Source: Thermodesulfobacteriota bacterium (GTDB lineage Bacteria; Desulfobacterota_D; UBA1144; Nemesobacterales; UBA2774). From it: a stretch of 64,000 bases of DNA. A program made the position numbers and the translations under genes. The stretch lies in NCBI GenBank assembly GCA_040754335.1, contig JBFMCV010000005.1, forward strand, positions 263,586 through 327,585. Direction: 5' to 3'. The notes below the pieces were generated by a model. The model saw only the letters and a list, made by a program, of their open reading frames with translations, did not search any database and was not told the DNA's origin. Shown here piece after piece: positions 57,478 to 64,000 of the stretch (position 1 is the first letter of the stretch; every line of letters begins with the position of its first letter).

Positions 57478-59097
57478 ATGGATGAGCGGAATAAATCTCT
57501 ATATCGCGCTCTTTTAAATTATATTCGGTGCACGGATAAGCTTTTCTGGCTGCTGCTTGTCGTCTTCGCGGGGATCCCCATATTGTATTTTTCCTATGTC
57601 CCGGTTTGGGACGGATGGCAGTTTTCCCGCTGTTACATGCAGGCGGTGACAGAGGGGTCACTGGATTGCCACAGGCACAGCGCATTTCTGCACACACTTA
57701 TTTTCAGCCTCACGCAATGGATAGATCTCGGAAATTTTCGGCTCATCTATACATTGAATTTACTGTTCGGGATTCTGGGGCTGATATGTTTTAGGTCCTT
57801 ATTGCGAAACCTTTTCGGCAGCCGCTTGTCCCCTGTCAATCTCACCTTGCTTACATTCTGCTTCGGGCTTAATCCGGTCTTTTTAGTCCACGTGATACAG
57901 CCGTCTCTCGATTTTACGCTCCCGATTTATTTGGTGATACTCCTACTTTGCCTGTTTAAGAAAAGGTTTTTATATGCAACAGCAGTGGGCATACCGCTCG
58001 TCTTCACCAAGGAATCCGGATTCATGCTCTACGGCGTAAGTGTATTTCTATTTATTCTTCTTATGGTATTAAACGATCCCTCACTGCTCAAAGATAAAAC
58101 CAAGCTCTTCAAGAAAATAAGCGTTCTGATTCTGCCTATTCCGCTCTTTGCTCTTTATATGGTCTTTGTCCCGGAAACACAAATCGGCCATTCCTGGACG
58201 GAAGGTATCATGAAGATGTTTCAGTTTTATTTGCCGGACAATATAATCCTGGCTCAGCTCGTATCATTGCTGATTATAAACTTCAATTGGATAATTACGG
58301 CATTCATTCTGGTTAACGTAATTACCCTGGGCGCTCTGTATTTAAAATCGCTGAAAAATAAGGTCGGCATAAGGCCGGTTTTTAACAGCGGGTACGAAGG
58401 CGTGTATTTTTACCTGTTGTTCATAATTATTATTTATTTCCTCACCCGCATCCCGTTCGTAAACAACCCGCGGTACATGCTGCCTGTTCTTCCGATACTG
58501 ATAATCCTGCTCGGCGGTTCGCTCATAAACGTTCTGCGGAAACAGTTGCTTATTACGGTTGCACTGGCCATGATGCTCGTGTTATTGACGGCGTCGTCTT
58601 TCAGGACTGTCGATCCGGTATCGAAAAAGATCATGGGCACGTTTCAATTCGGATCACATGAAATGCTTCAAATGGCGAGATACGACGAGCTCAAGCACGG
58701 CTTCGGAAAGGACCAGCTCGTCTATAATTTCGAGTTCACTCAATTCCATTACATAACGGAAAAGATATTCAGAAGAGTGGGGTGGGCAGGAATTTTCGCC
58801 ATCGCGCGGGAATTCACATGGCTGCCTGATTTCAGCGCTTTTGACACCGGGTCAGGTCATCGGTCCATACATGGGGAAGAGGTCAGATCTCTTCCATTCA
58901 TGTTCTCCGATGAAATTACCGCTGACAATGCTCCCCGGGAATTTTATTTTATTTCCTATCCTAATTACGACAGGGACAACGTTAACGCAAACGAGAGAGC
59001 CAGATTATCACGCATGTACGACCTTAAGGAGACTATCACGGTAGAAAACGACGGCTACAGCGTCGATGTTTATCGCTATGTGAGGAAGGATGGTTGA
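57478..59097 (+). CDS. Large polytopic membrane protein with a C-terminal soluble domain (possible third GT-C-type transferase)
   Basis: More than 10 TM helices followed by a roughly 160 aa soluble C-terminus. Lower GC, like its neighbours. Confidence 0.45.
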   Translation: MDERNKSLYRALLNYIRCTDKLFWLLLVVFAGIPILYFSYVPVWDGWQFSRCYMQAVTEGSLDCHRHSAFLHTLIFSLTQWIDLGNFRLIYTLNLLFGILGLICFRSLLRNLFGSRLSPVNLTLLTFCFGLNPVFLVHVIQPSLDFTLPIYLVILLLCLFKKRFLYATAVGIPLVFTKESGFMLYGVSVFLFILLMVLNDPSLLKDKTKLFKKISVLILPIPLFALYMVFVPETQIGHSWTEGIMKMFQFYLPDNIILAQLVSLLIINFNWIITAFILVNVITLGALYLKSLKNKVGIRPVFNSGYEGVYFYLLFIIIIYFLTRIPFVNNPRYMLPVLPILIILLGGSLINVLRKQLLITVALAMMLVLLTASSFRTVDPVSKKIMGTFQFGSHEMLQMARYDELKHGFGKDQLVYNFEFTQFHYITEKIFRRVGWAGIFAIAREFTWLPDFSAFDTGSGHRSIHGEEVRSLPFMFSDEITADNAPREFYFISYPNYDRDNVNANERARLSRMYDLKETITVENDGYSVDVYRYVRKDG

Positions 59098-59170
59098 TTA
59101 TTCGGCGCGTAAGGCACAATTGTGATTCCGGCGGGTATAGATTCATAGATTCCCGAAGTCGGCTGCCGGA

Positions 59171-60766
59171 TTATTTCCCGCTGGCTAAGACAGCCAATTG
59201 GACGTGCTCAGTTATCCTCGCAACGTGTCTGCTCACACGCCTCAGCCACCTGACCGCTTCGAGCTTACCCGTGCCGAGATAGACGTCGTAAGTTCCCCTT
59301 GCGATCCCGGCCATCACGCTCCTTCTGTACGGTCTGACTTTGAGGTGGATTTTTGAAGAGGCGTCGTTCGCTTTCTCCGCAGCCTGGAGCCAGTTATTGT
59401 CTTCGATATCGTCAACGATGCTTCTTACGCAGCTTATGAGCAGGCTGCATTCTTCCGCGAGCTCCGGGGTGTCTCTCGCGGTTACGGCGCGGTCCTCGTC
59501 CTCTTCGCACCTTTCGTGAAGCCGCTGCAGGTGGTCGAGCGTGTGAAACATATTCAGCAGCCTTTCCCATTCCGCTCCCTCGGTAGAACCGGGTTTAATA
59601 CGGTCGAGGAAGGCGTGGGTATCGTTGAGCGCGGTCTGGAGCTCCTCGAGGTCCGCCCTTTTGCCCCTTTCCTTATCGCCCAGAATGGCATTAACGTGCA
59701 GGAAGAGCGCCGTGGACAGCGTGCTTATGGCGGACTGAGCGGCGTTAAGCGCAAGGTCCGCATCTTCCAATACAGCACTGTCCAGCTTTTGTGTATAAAC
59801 GGATGCTCTTTCGGGAATAAGCTTTTCCATGAACCGGGCGAATCGGTTCGTGAAAGGCAGTATTATGATCACGCCCAGTATATTGAAGCACGTGTGAAAC
59901 GCGACGAGAGCGATCTCCGCGTTGCTGTTCAGCTCGCCCAGTGAGAAATAATTCCATGTCAAGGCGAATGGATTTATCAGGAGTAAGGCCAGGACTGCCG
60001 TTAAAATGTTGAATATAACATGGGAAAAACCCGTCCTCTTAACTCCTACCGAGCCGCCGATCGTCGCCAGAGCCGCCGTGGAGGTCGTGCCCAGATCCAT
60101 CCCGATTACAAGGGCTGCAGCCTGATTGAAATTGATTAAATCCGCGTATAATGCGGTCAGGGCCGCGGCGACACTGACGCTCGATGATTGCGTTATGACT
60201 GTGAATACCAGTCCCAGCGCGACTAACAGCAACCGGCCCGGGAGGGTATCGGCGGGCAGATTTTCAAATGAAACGAAACCCCGCAGCTCGCCCATGGACC
60301 CCTGCATGAAGGTAAGACCTACGAAGACCAGTCCGAATCCCGCGATTGCATACCCTATATCGGCCAGGCGTCCTTTTGAAAAAAGGCGTAGAACAGCTCC
60401 TATGAATACGATAGGCAAAAACACGTTCCCGAGGCTGAGCTTGAATCCCAGAACCGCGATGACCCACCCTTTGAGCGTGGTGCCGATATTGGCCCCGAAT
60501 ATTATTCCGAGGGCCTCCGGGAAGGTTATGAGACCGGCGCCTACGAAACCTACAGCGGCGACCGTGGTCACGCCCGACGCCTGAAGAATCGCTGTGCTTA
60601 CCGCGCCTGTGAGCGCCCCGGTCAGGGGACTCTTCGTAAAACGCATCAATGCTGACCGCATCGCGCTCCCGGCAAGCGCGCGGAGCCCGTCGGTGAGCAC
60701 TATCATGCCCAGTAGAAAAAGGCCGATGCCGCCCGCGATGTTGAGAAATATCAGGAGCTTGTCCAT
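59171..60766 (-). CDS. Na/Pi-cotransporter II-related protein (YjbB-like, with C-terminal PhoU-like domain)
   Basis: N-terminus MDKLLIFLNIAGGIGLFLLGM...TDGLR, duplicated Na_Pi_cotrans repeats, C-terminal PhoU-like helical domain. Confidence 0.8.
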   Translation of the reverse strand: MDKLLIFLNIAGGIGLFLLGMIVLTDGLRALAGSAMRSALMRFTKSPLTGALTGAVSTAILQASGVTTVAAVGFVGAGLITFPEALGIIFGANIGTTLKGWVIAVLGFKLSLGNVFLPIVFIGAVLRLFSKGRLADIGYAIAGFGLVFVGLTFMQGSMGELRGFVSFENLPADTLPGRLLLVALGLVFTVITQSSSVSVAAALTALYADLINFNQAAALVIGMDLGTTSTAALATIGGSVGVKRTGFSHVIFNILTAVLALLLINPFALTWNYFSLGELNSNAEIALVAFHTCFNILGVIIILPFTNRFARFMEKLIPERASVYTQKLDSAVLEDADLALNAAQSAISTLSTALFLHVNAILGDKERGKRADLEELQTALNDTHAFLDRIKPGSTEGAEWERLLNMFHTLDHLQRLHERCEEDEDRAVTARDTPELAEECSLLISCVRSIVDDIEDNNWLQAAEKANDASSKIHLKVRPYRRSVMAGIARGTYDVYLGTGKLEAVRWLRRVSRHVARITEHVQLAVLASGK

Positions 60767-60939
60767 GAATAATGTGCTCTGATTAATTTATAAATCGTCT
60801 GCGGTACATATGTCAACAAGTTCGCCGCATGAGGTTGAAATTAGTACGCCGCGAGCTGAATCTTCATTCGGATTAGAGGGTAAAAAAGATGATGGAGGAC
60901 CACTCCGTTTTCTAAAGGGTCTTTTTCCGGGCGGCTCTT

Positions 60940-61545
60940 TCAGAATGTGAAACCGGTCGCGAACATTATGTGCTCGAAGTCACTCGTCCCCAGGGTCATA
61001 TTGAGTTTTCCCAAACGCCCGACGTCGGCGCCCACCATGTTCTGCTGCTCGTAATATTTGATGATCTGATTTTTCATCAAATCGTCGAGATTATCGTCCG
61101 ACACGATTATAAGAGTGTCTTCCCCTTCGCCGCCGACCGCATAATCCTTGTATCCCTTATTGTTATCGAGGTAATAAACCAGCGTATCGTTGCCGGGGCC
61201 CAGGTTTATGAAGTCGCTCCCCGGCCCGTCGCTGACCGTGTCGCTGCCTTCGTTTCCCATTATGTAGTCGTCGCCCGCTCCGCCCTGTATCTTGTCGTCA
61301 CCCGCTCCGCCCGAGACGAGGTCGTCTCCCTCGCCAGATTCTATAAAATCGTTCCCGCCCTTTCCCGAAACGTTGTCGTTTCCGTCGCCCGTGTCTATTT
61401 TATCGTTCCCGTCCGTGCCCGTAACGACGTCTTCATTCGTTGCCGCCTCCGAATTTGCCTGATTCTGGGAACCGGCTCTGAGCGGTATTAAAAGTGCGGA
61501 CAGGAGCATAAGAATCACGATCAGGGATAAAAATTTAGCTTTCAT
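60940..61545 (-). CDS. Small secreted protein with haemolysin-type (RTX) Ca-binding nonapeptide repeats
   Basis: Signal peptide. Nine tandem GGxG(N/D)Dxxx units (GTDGNDKID TGDGNDNVS GKGGNDFIE SGEGDDLVS GGAGDDKIQ GGAGDDYIM ...). Confidence 0.7.
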   Translation of the reverse strand: MKAKFLSLIVILMLLSALLIPLRAGSQNQANSEAATNEDVVTGTDGNDKIDTGDGNDNVSGKGGNDFIESGEGDDLVSGGAGDDKIQGGAGDDYIMGNEGSDTVSDGPGSDFINLGPGNDTLVYYLDNNKGYKDYAVGGEGEDTLIIVSDDNLDDLMKNQIIKYYEQQNMVGADVGRLGKLNMTLGTSDFEHIMFATGFTF

Positions 61546-61636
61546 GGCTCATCCTCACGTGTTTGTGATGTCCTAACTATACAACAAGTGGGCCGTGCGA
61601 GTCTATCTGGATGTATTTTGAGTTAATGCAGCCGGT

Positions 61637-61714
61637 TGGTAGCCCCTACGGGATTTGAACCCGTGTTTTAGCCTTGAGAGGGCTACGTCCTAGGCCAGGC
61701 TAGACGAAGGGGCC
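61637..61714 (-). tRNA. tRNA-Glu (anticodon CTC)
   Basis: Minus-strand GGCCCCTTCGTCTAGCCTGGCCTAGGACG-TAGCC-CTCTCAA-GGCTA-...ACGGGTTCAAATCCCGT-AGGGGCT-A-CCA. Glu-type D-arm. Encoded CCA. Confidence 0.85.
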
Positions 61715-62044
61715 GTGCTCTAAAGCAGGCTTCTAAATTTATCATAAGGATACATAAAAGCAACGACACGGATATCGCGCTTCGGTTTAAAAGAAGAGGA
61801 AAGGGGTTTCTTGCGGGGTATAATTTATGCGTACCGGGGTTACCCCGATAAATGTTTCGGGCATGACACTTATTTTCTGTCATCGCGAGGCCGTGTTCCG
61901 GCCGTGGCGATCTCTCATTTTCAAGAGATTGCCGCGTCGCTTCCGGCTTCGCCTAAAGGCTACGCCGGGATAAATCGCTCCTCGCAATGACAATTAAACA
62001 AAGGGTAAAACGAGATTCTGAAACAAGTTCAGAATGACTAATAT

Positions 62045-62617
62045 GTGGAGGATGATTCGATCAAAAAGCTGCTCACTCTAAACGCGGTTCTTTTCATTTT
62101 ACTTCTGATCTTCGCTGCATGCGACGGCGGGTCGGGCGGGGGCGACTCTACGCCCGGGTCGACTAACCCGCCCCCTGCGAGTCCCCCTCCGGATGATCTC
62201 GAGTCCGCTATACTCGAGCTCATAAACGAGGCGAGGGCGGAAGGGCGGGACTGCGGGAATGAATTCTTCCCGGCGGCTCCCCCGCTCAGCTGGGACGACA
62301 GGTTAGAGGCCGCGGCGCTCGGGCACTCGCTCGATATGGCCGAGAACCAGTTCTTCGGCCACGAGGGCTCGGACGGCTCCGACACGGGCGACAGGCTCAT
62401 GAACGAAGGGTACGACCCGAGCGCATGGGGCGAGACCATACTCGTCGGTATTGAGGACGAAGCGGCCGTCGTTGAGGCCTTTCTGGATTCCCCTGACCAC
62501 TGCGCGATATTGATGGACCCCGTATACGAGGACGTCGGCGCTGGCGCAGCCGAGGGCATGTTTCAGGGAAGCTCTACCCTCTACTGGACGATCGACGTCG
62601 CGACCGAGAGCAATTAA
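62045..62617 (+). CDS. CAP/SCP/PR-1-like domain lipoprotein (YkwD-like)
   Basis: Lipobox LLLIFAAC. CAP motifs (LINEARAEG..CG ... HSLDMAENQFFGHEGSDG ... GETI). Confidence 0.7.
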   Translation: MEDDSIKKLLTLNAVLFILLLIFAACDGGSGGGDSTPGSTNPPPASPPPDDLESAILELINEARAEGRDCGNEFFPAAPPLSWDDRLEAAALGHSLDMAENQFFGHEGSDGSDTGDRLMNEGYDPSAWGETILVGIEDEAAVVEAFLDSPDHCAILMDPVYEDVGAGAAEGMFQGSSTLYWTIDVATESN

Positions 62618-62679
62618 CGGGCCGCCGTCCCGGTTTCTTGCTAAAGCCCCGCCACTTGGCTATTCTCAATGCTGACGAT

Positions 62680-64000
62680 ATGACTCAGGACGTTAAGGAA
62701 CTCGGTCTCATTACGAGCGGCTCGCTCGTCGAGGGGCTTCAGATGAAGCTCGGCACAGAGAGGAGCGTCGAGGAGGTGAAGGCCGGGAAGTTCGTCGTCA
62801 TTCACGGACTTTACAATCAGTTCTTCACACTAATCACGGACGTTAGGCTGGACGCCTCGTCCCCCGACATACTTGTCAATCCGCCTTCCCGTGATGAAGA
62901 GCTCCTGAGGAGCGTGCTCTCCGGCACGAGCGCATACGCGACGATCGAGCTTAGACCCATGCTGATGCTCGCGCACGGGGACCGTGAGCTCCGGCCTGTC
63001 AAGACCATCCCCCCGCATTTCGCATCAGTATCTGAAGCCTCGAGCGCTGATGTGAGCACCGTATTCGGCAAAGAGGACGGGAAGGGCAGGTTCTTCAACA
63101 TAGGCACGCCGCTCGATATGGACATACCTGTCTGCATAAACCTCGACAGGTTCGTCGAGAGGAGTAACGGCATATTCGGAAAGAGCGGGACAGGTAAGAC
63201 ATTTTTAACCAGGGTCATGCTCGCGGGCGTCATCAGATATGGGAAAGCCGTGAACCTCATATTCGACATGCACAACGAGTACGGCTGGGAAACTGAGAGC
63301 GAGGACTCGAAGGGCTTCGTCAAGGGGCTCAAGCAGCTCTTTCCCGAGAAGGTCGCCATATTCTCGCTCGACCCCGGGTCGACCAGGAAGAGAGGGAGGA
63401 AGCCCGACGTCGAGGCGTTCATATCGCTCGACCAGATAGACATCGAGGACATAGCGCTCCTCCAGGACGAGCTTCAGCTCAACACGACGGCGATAGAATC
63501 CGCGTTCGCCATATACAGGCGGTACGGGCAGAGGTGGCTCTCCGAGCTCCTCTCGTGGGAGGAAGACGAGCTCGCGGACATATCGAAAGAGCTCGGCACG
63601 CACGTACAGTCCCTCTCCGCAATGAGGAGGAAGCTCAACAGGATCAGGGCGCTCCCGTTCATAGTGGAGGACAGCGTTCAGAGCGAAGGGACGATCAAGA
63701 AAATACTCGACCACCTCGGGCGCGGGATAAGCATAGTGCTCGAGTTCGGAAGGAGCAACAGCGCGCTCGCGTACCTGCTTGCGGCGAACATCATATCGAG
63801 AAGGATCCACGATACATATATAGACAGGACAGAGAAATACCACGCGACGAAAGACTCTTCCGATAAGCCCCGGCAGCTCATGATCACGATCGAGGAAGCG
63901 CACAAGTTCCTGAATTCCCAGGCGGCGAAGCAGACCATATTCGGGACTATAGCGAGGGAGCTGAGAAAGTATTCGGTGACGATGCTCATAGTCGACCAGA
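62680..64000 (+). CDS. HerA/FtsK-like P-loop ATPase (DUF87-type), 3'-truncated by the window edge
   Basis: Open frame from the ATG at 62680 with no stop before the window end. Walker A GIFGKSGTGKTFL about 165 aa in. Walker-B-like MLIVDQ at the end. The listed minus-strand ORFs here are antisense shadows. Confidence 0.6.
   Translation, partial: MTQDVKELGLITSGSLVEGLQMKLGTERSVEEVKAGKFVVIHGLYNQFFTLITDVRLDASSPDILVNPPSRDEELLRSVLSGTSAYATIELRPMLMLAHGDRELRPVKTIPPHFASVSEASSADVSTVFGKEDGKGRFFNIGTPLDMDIPVCINLDRFVERSNGIFGKSGTGKTFLTRVMLAGVIRYGKAVNLIFDMHNEYGWETESEDSKGFVKGLKQLFPEKVAIFSLDPGSTRKRGRKPDVEAFISLDQIDIEDIALLQDELQLNTTAIESAFAIYRRYGQRWLSELLSWEEDELADISKELGTHVQSLSAMRRKLNRIRALPFIVEDSVQSEGTIKKILDHLGRGISIVLEFGRSNSALAYLLAANIISRRIHDTYIDRTEKYHATKDSSDKPRQLMITIEEAHKFLNSQAAKQTIFGTIARELRKYSVTMLIVDQ

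Noticed and set aside
1-64000. CRISPR arrays, rRNA genes, IS elements or transposases
   Set aside because: No array of short regularly spaced repeats, no rRNA-like sequence and no transposase or DDE motif was seen on either strand. The only recombinase trace is the eroded integrase at 12677-13010.

Overview
This 64 kb window comes from a high-GC (about 60%) bacterial chromosome. It combines ordinary housekeeping genes with several accessory or mosaic stretches.

Housekeeping content, start to end:
- leuA, a Nif3-family gene, and yacL-ispD-ispF.
- comEC, a NupC-family transporter gene, and an RpoD-like sigma factor.
- A TetR regulator plus an ECF sigma factor, a BolA/Grx4 pair, and arfB.
- A histidine kinase with a sigma-54 (NtrC-type) response regulator.
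- A MlaF-like ABC ATPase and a Na/Pi cotransporter.

Accessory and unusual content:
1. A DUF11-repeat surface protein with an IPTL-CTERM sorting signal (9-2075).
2. A tRNA-Ala (CGC) followed by a decayed integrative element (12.6-18 kb) of mixed GC. It carries three copies of the tRNA 3' end, a frameshifted integrase remnant and a Cys-rich secreted protein with two internal modules. It also carries an ICMT-family membrane methyltransferase and a very low-GC gene of unknown function.
3. An orphan B12-binding radical-SAM enzyme, divergent from a PD40 beta-propeller-repeat secreted protein that ends in a Cys-containing C-terminal sorting-like signal.
4. An AT-rich stretch containing a HARE-HTH-like small gene and tRNA-Gln (TTG).
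5. The most striking locus (37.1-59.1 kb): two giant paralogous secreted proteins (1880 aa and about 1630 aa).
   - Their first roughly 690 bp are nucleotide-identical.
   - Each carries pentapeptide repeats, a large conserved core of unknown fold and Cys-rich inserts.
   - Copy 1 also has thrombospondin-type-3-like Asp-rich Ca-binding repeats, a poly-Pro linker and the same Cys-containing C-terminal sorting-like motif as the PD40 protein.
   - The pair is bracketed by a lower-GC cluster of GT-C-type integral-membrane glycosyltransferase-like proteins (one GT39/ArnT-like upstream; two tandem paralog pairs and one more downstream) plus a UDP-galactopyranose-mutase-like flavoenzyme.
   - I interpret this as a candidate giant-surface-glycoprotein biogenesis system.
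6. A tRNA-Glu (CTC), an RTX-like Ca-binding protein, a CAP-domain lipoprotein and a 3'-truncated HerA/FtsK-like ATPase at the window edge. The ATPase is absent from the supplied ORF track because it runs off the end.

No CRISPR array, rRNA, transposase or reverse transcriptase was seen.
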